NCBI GenBank assembly: GCA_964610875.1
Contig: CAZSWP010000024.1
Coordinates: forward strand, 1-31,159
Reading direction: 5' to 3'
DNA: 31,159 nt
Source: an uncultured archaeon
GTDB lineage: Archaea > Asgardarchaeota > Thorarchaeia > Thorarchaeales > Thorarchaeaceae
The notes beneath the pieces are model-generated. The model was given only the letters and a program-made list of their open reading frames with translations, searched no databases and had not been told where the DNA came from. Positions 8,898 to 17,825 of this stretch are shown piece by piece (within the stretch, counting starts at the first letter, position 1; each line of letters opens with the position of its first letter). The position numbers were made by a program, and so were the translations under genes.

Positions 8898-8918
8898 TAA
8901 TTTAGGAATGAAAAGTAC

Positions 8919-8951
8919 AGCGGGAGGAAATCCCCCCGCTATCAGTTTTTT
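8919..8951. terminator. GC-rich hairpin between convergent genes (candidate bidirectional terminator)
   Basis: AGCGGGAGG-aaat-CCCCCCGCT, fully paired with one G-U on the minus strand. T6 follows on the plus strand and T4 on the minus strand. Confidence 0.65.
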
Positions 8952-8956
8952 CTAGT

Positions 8957-10120
8957 TTATTCAGGCGAGTCTGAATTATCTGCTTTAGGTCCTTTCACAA
9001 CAATATCTTCCTCAGTGAAACGATTTTCGCATTTGCTAAGGACTTTTGGTAGCGTCGTGTATTCCATCTCTAGTTCGGCTAATCGATGAGGTTGGAATGG
9101 ACCAATTCTTCTAAGATAGTCAGAGATTTCCATTGCTCTCTGCCTAGTGATATCAAACGCCACATCTTCAAAGAGGTCAATAGGACCAAGTAGTCGACCA
9201 TTCGAAACTTGGAAGCCAAGACCTATGACTCTTGGTGGACCATCGAATCGTGTACATCGTGAGTCCTTCAAAGCAACGGGCATAAGTGGACCAGTGTGAG
9301 AACCACGCATCCAACCAGATACCAGATGAGGTAGAGTGAATGCTTCAAGCACTTCACCCATGGCTGGAAGCCCTGAGTGTGCTCGGATGATTGCTACAGG
9401 GTCGTCTTTTCCGATATATTTCCCTGCCATCATGTGTAGTTTGTCTGTGCTTACAGCAGCTGCTTGAAGACCATCACGTCGATAGATCTTCTTGATTGTA
9501 TAGCGTCCGGTACTACCAAGGAGGGCAAGGACATCATAGCTCTCTTCAGGAGTCGTCATCTCGACGTAACAGGGTACTTCCTTCTGTACATCCTGAATGA
9601 CGAATGAGAATCCTTCATGTAAATTAGGATCAATGACCAATCCAGCTGTATTGAATGGGTCGGCAAATATCTTGTATAGTGGAAAATTAAATGCGCCTGG
9701 CTCTGTCTTATCAGCCATAAATATACCAAAAGGCTCAGACTTCCTTTCTTCAATGGTCATCTCAGCTGATCCAGGACCCATACCACGAATATTTCCACTA
9801 AATGTGTCCGTTAGCATGTCCTGACCTGCGGCATATATCTTATCTTCTCGGGCTCGCTTTGTGCACTGCATAAAGGTGTCCCAAGCTAGTTTATGGACTT
9901 CCTCATTATCTTCACCTTTATTGTGAGTCATAATGAGTTCCAAATCATCACCAGCATGGGTGACGTGGAAGTCCATGATTACCTTGTTTTCAACGGCCTC
10001 TTTCAGAGACTTGCGTGCCATCTCCAGAATGTAATCAGGGACAATGACATGCCCTGCCAGAGAACCGATGTCAGCTTTAATGACGCTGAGGGTCGTTTCT
10101 ACCATAGTAACTCGCTCCAT
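8957..10120 (-). CDS. fbp: Bifunctional fructose-1,6-bisphosphate aldolase/phosphatase (class V FBPase)
   Basis: SVIKADIGS..GH, GDD, YAAGQD, GNIRGMGPG, DKTEPGAFN, GKYIGKDDPV (Schiff-base Lys/Tyr), GWMRGSH, RFDGPPRV and MEYTTLP. Confidence 0.97.
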   Translation of the reverse strand: MERVTMVETTLSVIKADIGSLAGHVIVPDYILEMARKSLKEAVENKVIMDFHVTHAGDDLELIMTHNKGEDNEEVHKLAWDTFMQCTKRAREDKIYAAGQDMLTDTFSGNIRGMGPGSAEMTIEERKSEPFGIFMADKTEPGAFNFPLYKIFADPFNTAGLVIDPNLHEGFSFVIQDVQKEVPCYVEMTTPEESYDVLALLGSTGRYTIKKIYRRDGLQAAAVSTDKLHMMAGKYIGKDDPVAIIRAHSGLPAMGEVLEAFTLPHLVSGWMRGSHTGPLMPVALKDSRCTRFDGPPRVIGLGFQVSNGRLLGPIDLFEDVAFDITRQRAMEISDYLRRIGPFQPHRLAELEMEYTTLPKVLSKCENRFTEEDIVVKGPKADNSDSPE

Positions 10121-10131
10121 TTATGAGATAT

Positions 10132-10151
10132 AAGAACGAAATCTCGTTCTT
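10132..10151. promoter_or_regulatory. Perfect 8-bp inverted repeat just upstream of fbp (candidate operator)
   Basis: AAGAACGA-aatc-TCGTTCTT, 12 nt upstream of ATG 10120. Confidence 0.45.
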
Positions 10152-10272
10152 TCTGTGAGCCGGTTCACGAAACGAATATCCTTTAGATATTTCGGATAGC
10201 ATCCTCAACCTGCTCGTGTTTTCAAGCAGGCAAGTATTTTACACCCATATAATAGCTACGGTTGGTCACCAC

Positions 10273-11163
10273 TTACGTTTCAATAAGTAACATCTTCAAT
10301 TTCTCAGTGATTTCAAGTGCATCATCCCATTTTCTCTGCCAGATGTTTCTTCCAAAAATAAGACCGGCTGCACCTTCCTTTATCGCAGATCTTGCTCGTT
10401 CGATTACCTTTTCATCACTCATCTTACTACCACCTGAAAAGAGTACCAAAGTTCTTCCTGCGGACCGGATTACATGTTTCACCTCTTCTTCAGGCGATAA
10501 GGAGATCTTGTCATAGGGAGGAGTCTGATCATCTCTTCTTTTGATTTCAGTATCAGGCATATTCAGCTTTACAACATCAGCACCAAGCTCACATGCAACT
10601 CGAGCTGCGTAATCAACAGCAAATAGGGAATCACGACCACCCTTCTTCGCTATAGCCTCTCCTCTTGGGTACGCCCACATAATAACAGGAATGCCCAATC
10701 TATCAGCATCATACTTCACCCTCCTGAACTGATTCATGTCCTCATATTGTCTTGGAGAACCAACGTACAGGGTATATCCAACCGCATCAGCACCAATACG
10801 AACGGCATCTTCCACTGATGCAGTCATTGGAGAGAGTGCATCATTGTCAGGAGGAATACTTGTTTTGCCATTAATCTTCAAGACTATTGGAACTTTCCCA
10901 GCATACTTGTGAGCATATTTCTCAGCAAGACCAAGATGTAGCGCTATACCTGAGAACCCTCCTTCTTCAGCAAGTCGGAATTGAAAGTTGGGATCTCCAC
11001 TCTCAGGATTAGGAAAGAAATCCCTTGGACCATGTTCCATACCTTGGTCGATGGGAAGAATCATCATTCGTCCATTTCCAGGACCATGTTCATACATCAG
11101 TCTGTGAAGACGAATACGTTTACCAAGAGGGAGATAGTCGAGTTTGTCAAGAAGCTCAGTCAT
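10273..11163 (-). CDS. fba: Archaeal-type class I fructose-bisphosphate aldolase (DhnA family)
   Basis: LPIDQGMEHGP, LKINGKT, GYTLYVGS, WAYPRG, AARVACELGADVVK, SGG and GRNIWQ. Confidence 0.93.
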   Translation of the reverse strand: MTELLDKLDYLPLGKRIRLHRLMYEHGPGNGRMMILPIDQGMEHGPRDFFPNPESGDPNFQFRLAEEGGFSGIALHLGLAEKYAHKYAGKVPIVLKINGKTSIPPDNDALSPMTASVEDAVRIGADAVGYTLYVGSPRQYEDMNQFRRVKYDADRLGIPVIMWAYPRGEAIAKKGGRDSLFAVDYAARVACELGADVVKLNMPDTEIKRRDDQTPPYDKISLSPEEEVKHVIRSAGRTLVLFSGGSKMSDEKVIERARSAIKEGAAGLIFGRNIWQRKWDDALEITEKLKMLLIET

Positions 11164-11264
11164 AATCAGACCTCATTTTCGTAGATTATACATGAAATCA
11201 CTTCCTCATAAATGCCTGCTGTTTCTAGAAAATGTAAAATCATAGTGTGCAATGATAATATTGA

Positions 11265-12104
11265 GTGAAGCCCATGACTAAGAAGCGTGTATCAGCAGAC
11301 AGCCCAGTTACTGAAAATCGAGCTCAATATCACCTTGAAGTAAAAGAAGGAGATGTAGCAGAAACTGTGATAATTCCCGGAGACCCTCAACGAGTGGAGA
11401 AAATCAGCTCGTTATGGGATGAAAAGAAACAGGTTGCGATGCACAGGCAGTTTGTTACTCATACGGGGAAATACAAAGGAGCGGCAATTTCGGCTTGCTC
11501 TACAGGTATAGGAGGACCAGGAACAGCAATAGTGATTGAAGAACTTGCCAATGTTGGTGCAAGAAATTTCATTCGTGTTGGTTCAACGGCTACGCTGAAG
11601 GAAGAAATCGAGATTGGGGATCTGATCATTTCCACAGCCGCTGTGCGATTGGATGGAACCAGTGAGCAATATGTGAGGACTGAATACCCAGCTTCTGCAT
11701 CCTATGAGGTGATTCTGGCACTCATTGAAGCAGCGGACACAATTGGTGTAAACTATCACTTAGGAATCTCAGCATCCACTGACTCATTCTACTTAGGGCA
11801 GTCACGTCCAGGATTTAGAGGATTTACTCAGAGTCATAGTGAAACACTAATCAAAGACCTCACGAAAGCGAATGTAGCCAATTTTGAGATGGAAGCAGCT
11901 ACATTATTCACACTTGGTAACATCTATGGTTTCAGAACAGGAGCGGTCTGTGCAGTCTATGCAAATCGTGTAAAGAATGAATTTAAAGTTAAGGGAGAAA
12001 AAGATGTTATTCGTTGTGGTAATGAAGCTGTAAAGATTCTAGCAGAGATGGATGAAGAAAAGTCGGAAAAGGGAAAAGCACACTGGCGGAGAGGTTTCAG
12101 CTAG
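11265..12104 (+). CDS. udp: Uridine/nucleoside phosphorylase (PNP/UDP family 1)
   Basis: QYHL, PGDPQRV, STGIGGP, IEEL, IRVGST, DSFYLGQSR and NFEME. Confidence 0.9.
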   Translation: MKPMTKKRVSADSPVTENRAQYHLEVKEGDVAETVIIPGDPQRVEKISSLWDEKKQVAMHRQFVTHTGKYKGAAISACSTGIGGPGTAIVIEELANVGARNFIRVGSTATLKEEIEIGDLIISTAAVRLDGTSEQYVRTEYPASASYEVILALIEAADTIGVNYHLGISASTDSFYLGQSRPGFRGFTQSHSETLIKDLTKANVANFEMEAATLFTLGNIYGFRTGAVCAVYANRVKNEFKVKGEKDVIRCGNEAVKILAEMDEEKSEKGKAHWRRGFS

Positions 12105-13925
12105 CTACTTTCCTTTGCCAACATAATAATAGTTACCATCAGCTTTCTGTTGCTGGTCCAGTTGACTACCTTCTTTATTCACACGAGGTCTACCAGTTTG
12201 GGGATCTCGTCTGAATGTGACACCCATTTCTTTCAGGAATGCGTTCATTCCTATTCTCATCGTTGTGACTGGAGATGCTCTACCCTTCTTACCAGGAATT
12301 CCATTGAATACTACCATACTATCACTGAGATAGTCTGCCATCAGAATGGAGTGTTCAACTACAAATGCAGTACGTAACTTGTCTTGCACTATCTTTCTTA
12401 TAGCACGGGATGTCGCTAGTCTTTGTTCGATATCCAAAAAAGCAGAAGGCTCGTCAAAAAGATAGATGTCTGCATCCTGAGCTAAAGTACGAGCTATTGC
12501 AGCCCGTTGTAGCTCTCCGCCACTTAGTCCTTCAACACTATGGTCAAGAAGATGTTCAAGCTCAAGCTTTCGAATGACTGTTGTCTTGTAGTCAGCAGTA
12601 TCGACGGTATTTCCTCCTGCTTCTCGAAGATACATCCTCAGATTACCTGGATAGTCTTGCTCTATATATTGTGGTTTGTACGCCACCTTTAATTCGAAAC
12701 CGTTGATAGTTTCATCAGGAACTTCGCCTTCATCGGGTTCAAGAACTCCTGCCAACATTCTAACGAAAGTTGTTTTACCTATCCCGTTAGGACCCAGGAT
12801 GCCAATTATCTGCCCCTTTGCAACACGACCACCACGAACTTCTAACTCGAAATCCTCAAACTTCTTCTTCATATCCCCGTATTCTATTAGGGTTTCACTT
12901 CCAGCATATTCTTCATCCTGACTTGTCATCCCTTTGAAAGATATTGACGTCTCTCGGAATCGCATGTTCTCATCAGGAATGTAGCCATCAAGGAATATAT
13001 TGACTCCCACTCTCGTTCCATGAGGATGAGATACAATACCATAAGCTCCAGGACTACCATAGAAGATACAGACATGATCAGAAACATAGTCGAGAATAGA
13101 CAGGTCGTGTTCTACAACTACAACGGTCTTGCCTAGGTCTGAAAGTTTTCTAATCGCTCTTGCAATTCGTAACCGTTCACGTACATCTAGGTATGCGCTT
13201 GGCTCATCAAAGAAGTATATATCACCCTCACGGATAATCGCAGCCGTTACAGCCACACGCTGAAGTTCGCCACCACTCAAGAATTTGATAGATCTGTCCC
13301 AGATGCCTTCAAGATTCATGTCAATCTTGAGTTCTGAGAGTCTTCCAGATGAGTCAGCACTCTCTAAGAGTTCACTGATTGGCTTGTCTGCTATCGAGCT
13401 CAGTTTTGGAAGGTCAGTAATGGTCTGTGGTTTATGAATTGGAACAATATTACCATTTTGTATTTTCTCAAAGAATGGCTGTAACTCAGAACCTCTAAAT
13501 TCCTGGATGATCTCAGTCCACTCAGGCGGAGCATCCACTCTGCCAAGATTGGGTTGAATTTCTCCTGCAAGAATTCTGACAGCGGTTGTTTTGCCTACTC
13601 CATTGGGACCAATGAGACCTAGCACACCACCCTCTTTTGGTATAGGCAGTCGAAAGAGCTTGAACCCATTTACTCCGTACCTATGCGAGGTGTCTTCTTC
13701 AAGCTCTTCTGGAAGGTTGATAATGCTGATGACATTATATGGGCATTTCTTGACACAGATGCCTTCTCCAGAGCAGAGAGCTTCAACAATCACTGGAGGT
13801 TTATCTGGTCCATCAGGAAATATCACGGTTTCATCGCCAGTTCTTACTCTAGGACAGAACCTCCGACATTCATGTGTGCAGTCTTTTGGACGACATCTTT
13901 CTTGATCAACGATAGCAATTCGCAT
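12105..13925 (-). CDS. rli1: Ribosome recycling ATPase ABCE1/Rli1
   Basis: N-terminal Fe-S domain and two ABC cassettes (GPNGVGKTT/LSGGELQR/FDEPS and GPNGIGKTT/LSGGELQR/FDEPS). Hinge TFRRDP..GRPRVNK and C-terminal GNYYY. Confidence 0.98.
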   Translation of the reverse strand: MRIAIVDQERCRPKDCTHECRRFCPRVRTGDETVIFPDGPDKPPVIVEALCSGEGICVKKCPYNVISIINLPEELEEDTSHRYGVNGFKLFRLPIPKEGGVLGLIGPNGVGKTTAVRILAGEIQPNLGRVDAPPEWTEIIQEFRGSELQPFFEKIQNGNIVPIHKPQTITDLPKLSSIADKPISELLESADSSGRLSELKIDMNLEGIWDRSIKFLSGGELQRVAVTAAIIREGDIYFFDEPSAYLDVRERLRIARAIRKLSDLGKTVVVVEHDLSILDYVSDHVCIFYGSPGAYGIVSHPHGTRVGVNIFLDGYIPDENMRFRETSISFKGMTSQDEEYAGSETLIEYGDMKKKFEDFELEVRGGRVAKGQIIGILGPNGIGKTTFVRMLAGVLEPDEGEVPDETINGFELKVAYKPQYIEQDYPGNLRMYLREAGGNTVDTADYKTTVIRKLELEHLLDHSVEGLSGGELQRAAIARTLAQDADIYLFDEPSAFLDIEQRLATSRAIRKIVQDKLRTAFVVEHSILMADYLSDSMVVFNGIPGKKGRASPVTTMRIGMNAFLKEMGVTFRRDPQTGRPRVNKEGSQLDQQQKADGNYYYVGKGK

Positions 13926-14051
13926 AGGAATGTCAACACTCGCCTTTCGATATTGCGATTGTCTTGAATTGTCTATTTAGCGCTTTGGCTGTGTGATTGG
14001 TCAGTTGGAAAACCTTAACTTCTAAGAGAAAAATGTGATTTATGAAGAGAA

Positions 14052-14294
14052 ATGAAGTTAATAGAACGCCTTCTCAACATTCTCAATCCGGGCAGACAAG
14101 CAGTGACTGGTGCATTAGCTCAACCCAATGAACTCAAGGCACAAATCACTCTTATTCGTGCCAAAGCATTTCAAAGGATAACCGGTAGAAGGCTCATTAC
14201 ACTAGAATCTGGTTCTATAACTGAGTCATCTGATATTTCAGATCTAAAGAAAAACCTCTCACCATCTCGAAGGTTACTAAGACGAGGTATTTAA
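14052..14294 (+). CDS. Small basic hypothetical protein
   Basis: 80-aa ATG ORF filling the gap divergent from ABCE1, with a BRE/TATA-like GAAAACCTTAA upstream. No recognisable motif. Confidence 0.4.
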   Translation: MKLIERLLNILNPGRQAVTGALAQPNELKAQITLIRAKAFQRITGRRLITLESGSITESSDISDLKKNLSPSRRLLRRGI

Positions 14295-14318
14295 CTGTCA
14301 GAGCCCAACTATCCCACA

Positions 14319-14392
14319 GCGGGATGATGATGAAGTAGGGATGGGTTAACGCCTAATCAACGTGATGGCCCTATAAACCGCAATCTGACCGC
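14319..14392 (+). ncRNA. Box C/D methylation-guide sRNA (dual guide)
   Basis: Terminal stem GCGG (14319-22)/CCGC (14389-92). Box C ATGATGA (14324-30 or 14327-33), box D' CTAA (14353-56), box C' GTGATGG (14362-68), box D CTGA (14385-88). Intergenic, with both spacers antisense to rRNA-like sequence. Confidence 0.8.
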
Positions 14393-14450
14393 GCATTACG
14401 ATACTAATTAATCTCCATCAAATACAACAGACATCAGGAGCATAATTCCA

Positions 14451-14867
14451 TTGGCATCCTTTCAATGCAACCACGATGGCACTTGCGACAAAGTGAAATT
14501 ATGTTGTATGCAAACAGAGATGACATTGACAAAAGCAGATGCAGAAAGAATCGACAAACTTGGATACGATAGAAAGGAATACTTGAGATTAGCAAATGAT
14601 GGATTTTGCGAACTGGTGAATGTTGATGGCCACTGTTATTTTTATGTACCTGAAACGGGTCTATGTAAGATATATGAACATCGTCCAGAAGGGTGTAGAT
14701 ATTACCCAATTGTGTATAATGCTAGAAAAAGGAAATGTGTGGTGGACGGGGATTGTCCATCAGGTAGTACTGTGACACGACAAGAAATCCGTGATATTTG
14801 TCATCGTGTGCGTAATCTTATTGAACAACTGATGAGGGAGGCAGCTCATGGTGATAGGGCGTGTTGA
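14451..14867 (+). CDS. YkgJ family cysteine-cluster (Zn/Fe-S chelating) protein
   Basis: C..C....CC, LTKADAERI, GHCYFY..TGLCKIYEHRPEGCRYYP, and CP. Confidence 0.88.
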   Translation: MASFQCNHDGTCDKVKLCCMQTEMTLTKADAERIDKLGYDRKEYLRLANDGFCELVNVDGHCYFYVPETGLCKIYEHRPEGCRYYPIVYNARKRKCVVDGDCPSGSTVTRQEIRDICHRVRNLIEQLMREAAHGDRAC

Positions 14868-15705
14868 TCTTCATACTCACTCCTCATTTTCAGATGGCAT
14901 TCTACAGCCAGATGAATTAGTGAGTAAAGCTATAGACATGGGACTTGCAGGACTTGGTCTGACTGACCACGATACTCTTGATGGTATTCCTTTGTTTCTT
15001 AGCGTTGATATCCCAAAGAATTGGCTCAGAGTGCCAGGTGTAGAAATAAGTACCATTCACAACGGTCTTGATACCCATCTATTAGCATATTATGTACTTG
15101 ATAAGCCTAGAGAGTTAAAACAGGCATTAGCAGAGCTGGAGGAACATCGAAAGAAACGGTTGCCGAGGATGATAAGGAAATTAGAAACACTCGGTATCAG
15201 TATAGATTCTGAGGCTGTGGATAAGATGCTGCAGGATGTCACATCACCAGGAAGACCACACCTTGCAAGACTCATGGTCAAATCAGGTGCAGTAGATTCT
15301 ATTCAAGAAGCATTCCGAGAATATATTGGTGAATGTAGACCTGCTTACATTCCACGAAAACGAATCACGACAATTGAAGGAATCAAGATGGTTAGAAACG
15401 CTGGTGGTGTTCCAGTACTAGCTCACCCGTTGCTAATGAGAGCGCAAGACCTACGATCGATAGTGATAGAACTAGCAGATGAGGGGCTCACAGGGATAGA
15501 GGTCGAATATGAATATTCGCGGCAGAAAGTAAAAGGCACGCAAGATGATGTTAGAAAGGCAGCAGCAGGATTAGACCTAATCGAGACGGGAGGAAGTGAT
15601 TTTCATGGCGATTCAATTGGCCCAAAGATGGGGTGCGCCACCGTATCAACAAAAGTAGTAGGTAAACTTTGGGAAGCTGCTAAGAGAATAAGGGAGTCCG
15701 GTTGA
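14848..15705 (+). CDS. PHP-domain phosphoesterase (TrpH/YciV-like; 3',5'-bisphosphate phosphatase or 5'-3' exonuclease family)
   Basis: DLHTHSSFSDG, LTDHDT, GVEIST, HLLAY, GRPHLAR, VLAHP, GIEV and GGSDFHG. Confidence 0.92.
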   Translation: MVIGRVDLHTHSSFSDGILQPDELVSKAIDMGLAGLGLTDHDTLDGIPLFLSVDIPKNWLRVPGVEISTIHNGLDTHLLAYYVLDKPRELKQALAELEEHRKKRLPRMIRKLETLGISIDSEAVDKMLQDVTSPGRPHLARLMVKSGAVDSIQEAFREYIGECRPAYIPRKRITTIEGIKMVRNAGGVPVLAHPLLMRAQDLRSIVIELADEGLTGIEVEYEYSRQKVKGTQDDVRKAAAGLDLIETGGSDFHGDSIGPKMGCATVSTKVVGKLWEAAKRIRESG

Positions 15706-16190
15706 TGATGAAATTCATTGTGGATGCAATGCTTGGAAAGTTGTCTGTTTGGTTGCGGCTTACTGGCTATGATACTCTATATGAGCCAGATGTACACGAT
15801 GATGAGCTTCTCGTTATTGCTGAAACAGAATCACGAACATTATTGACGTCTGATAATAATCTATTCGAAAGAGCCAAAGCAAGGGGGTTAGAGTCACTAC
15901 TTGTCCGAGGATCTGTTGATGAAAGGATTGTTTTTGTTTTTGATAAGCTAAATCTTACTACAGAGATCGATCCAAGTAAGGCACGTTGTTCTAAGTGCAA
16001 TGGTGTTCTGGTTGAGATTACCAAATCGGAAAAAGAGAAAATCATAGACTTAGTACCTGTAATGACCTATTCACACTACAATTTGTTTTGGTGGTGCCAG
16101 AGATGTAATAGCGTCTTCTTCCAAGGAGGATATTGGTCAAATATTCTCAAATACATGAAGAAAATAGAACAGATGGTGAATAGATCTTAG
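15702..16190 (+). CDS. Mut7-C (DUF82) PIN-like RNase with zinc ribbon
   Basis: KFIVDAMLGKL..WLRL.GYDT, RTLLTSD, RCSKCNG and CQRC..FFQG. Confidence 0.9.
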   Translation: MMMKFIVDAMLGKLSVWLRLTGYDTLYEPDVHDDELLVIAETESRTLLTSDNNLFERAKARGLESLLVRGSVDERIVFVFDKLNLTTEIDPSKARCSKCNGVLVEITKSEKEKIIDLVPVMTYSHYNLFWWCQRCNSVFFQGGYWSNILKYMKKIEQMVNRS

Positions 16191-16642
16191 TCTGACCCCT
16201 CTCTAACAGTAATGCTGTAATCGATTGGCATGCAATTCTTTGTTGTACGAGTCAATGGGCAATATTTCTGTGCAAGTTGAACTGCACGCTCACCTAGCTC
16301 AAGTTCGCCCTCTCCAACGACCACCTCACCCGAAACCTCAAAGCTGCTTATCGAATAGCCTTCACCATCAAATTCAACCTTCAAATGTCCTTGTAGACTG
16401 AATGATAATAGCGAGATGTTAGACCTGCGTTTGACATCTAAGAAGGTATTATTCAAACAACCAAGAATAGCAGCGATGAAGATTCTGTAGGGGCATAGAC
16501 CTTGTCCTCTACCACCATATATCTCGGGAGTGTCAAAGATTAATTCATTATCCCGTAGTTTTGCAGTAGCACCTGTCATCCCATCCCAGTCAGTACTAGC
16601 AAAATATTCCATCATTTCGGGATACTTGGTCCTTACCTTCAA
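16187..16642 (-). CDS. OsmC/Ohr family protein
   Basis: DTPEIYGGRGQG..P, AAILGC and AQKYCPLT; both catalytic Cys are present. Confidence 0.85.
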   Translation of the reverse strand: MKVRTKYPEMMEYFASTDWDGMTGATAKLRDNELIFDTPEIYGGRGQGLCPYRIFIAAILGCLNNTFLDVKRRSNISLLSFSLQGHLKVEFDGEGYSISSFEVSGEVVVGEGELELGERAVQLAQKYCPLTRTTKNCMPIDYSITVREGSD

Positions 16643-16746
16643 TGTGAATTCCTCGGCTGGGGGGATTCAAGCTCGCACATTAAGCATTTTGGTGAGGACT
16701 AGCATTTAACAAGTCATTTAAACCAACATATAGAAAATGGAATCGA

Positions 16747-17802
16747 GTGCAGATTATGGGTTCAAAAATGAAGGCAGCAATGTATTATGACATTGGTGAT
16801 ATTAGATTTGAAGATACAGACATCCCAAAAGTAGGAGATGGAGAAGTACTCATCAAAGTTGGAGCTGCTTTGACCTGTGGCACGGATGTGAAGACCTACA
16901 AGCGAGGACATCCATTACTCCTTCAAAATGCCCCCTCACTCTTTGGTCATGAATATGCAGGTACAATTGAAGTAGTGGGTGAAGGTATTGAAACATTCGT
17001 TCCAGGAATGCGAGTTGTTGCTACTAACTCAGCACCATGTGGAACATGTTTCTTTTGTAAGAGAAATAGACCTTCCCTGTGTAAGGAACTCAAATCCAAT
17101 CTAGTAAATGGGGCGTACGCCGAATATGTTAAAGTACCAGCTCCGGTGGTAACGTGGAACACACACAAGATTGCAGAACACCTTACATTCAAAGAAGCAG
17201 CACTTACTGAACCTCTCGCATGTACATTACACGGAATTGAGGAATCAAACATAGAACTTGGAGATACTGTTGTTATAATTGGCGCAGGTCCCATTGGGCA
17301 GATGTTAATCATGCTCGCAAAGAAGAGGGGAGCATCAAAAGTGATCGCCTCAGATCTCTCTGAATTACGCAGAGAGATTGCGCTCAAAGCGGGTGCAGAT
17401 ATCGTCATTGCCCCCAATAGTGAAGACCCCGTCACACGAGTTAAAGATGAAACATCAGGATATGGTGCGGATGTGGTCATCGAGGCTGTTGGACTTCCAG
17501 CAACTTGGGAGCAAGCAATTGATATGACCCGCGATGCAGGAACAACGGTTCTATTTGGAGGAGCCGCATCAGGTACAAAGTTTGAGATTGACACAGAAAG
17601 ATTCCATTATGGACAGCTTACCATTAAGGGAGTTTTTCATCTAACTCCAAAACACGTTGAACAAGCTTTAGGATTACTGGAATCTGGAGAGATTAACACA
17701 GATCTACTGATATCTCATGAAATGCCTCTTAGTAGAGTAGAAGACGCACTAAAAATGATGAGTAAAGGAGAATCCATGAAAGTAGCACTGATTCCTGAAT
17801 AA
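16747..17802 (+). CDS. Zinc-dependent dehydrogenase (threonine/sorbitol dehydrogenase-like MDR)
   Basis: TCGTD, GHE, CGTCFFC.......C, EPLAC and GAGPIG. True start is probably ATG 16756 or 16768. Confidence 0.92.
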   Translation: MQIMGSKMKAAMYYDIGDIRFEDTDIPKVGDGEVLIKVGAALTCGTDVKTYKRGHPLLLQNAPSLFGHEYAGTIEVVGEGIETFVPGMRVVATNSAPCGTCFFCKRNRPSLCKELKSNLVNGAYAEYVKVPAPVVTWNTHKIAEHLTFKEAALTEPLACTLHGIEESNIELGDTVVIIGAGPIGQMLIMLAKKRGASKVIASDLSELRREIALKAGADIVIAPNSEDPVTRVKDETSGYGADVVIEAVGLPATWEQAIDMTRDAGTTVLFGGAASGTKFEIDTERFHYGQLTIKGVFHLTPKHVEQALGLLESGEINTDLLISHEMPLSRVEDALKMMSKGESMKVALIPE

Positions 17803-17825
17803 CTGTTCTATGGAGATAATTACTG

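Noticed and set aside
16947-17594. 215-aa antisense ORF inside the Zn dehydrogenase, and the many other nested ORFs in the track
   Set aside because: Shadow frames of well-supported genes, with Ser/Thr/Pro-rich composition typical of antisense reading and no motifs.
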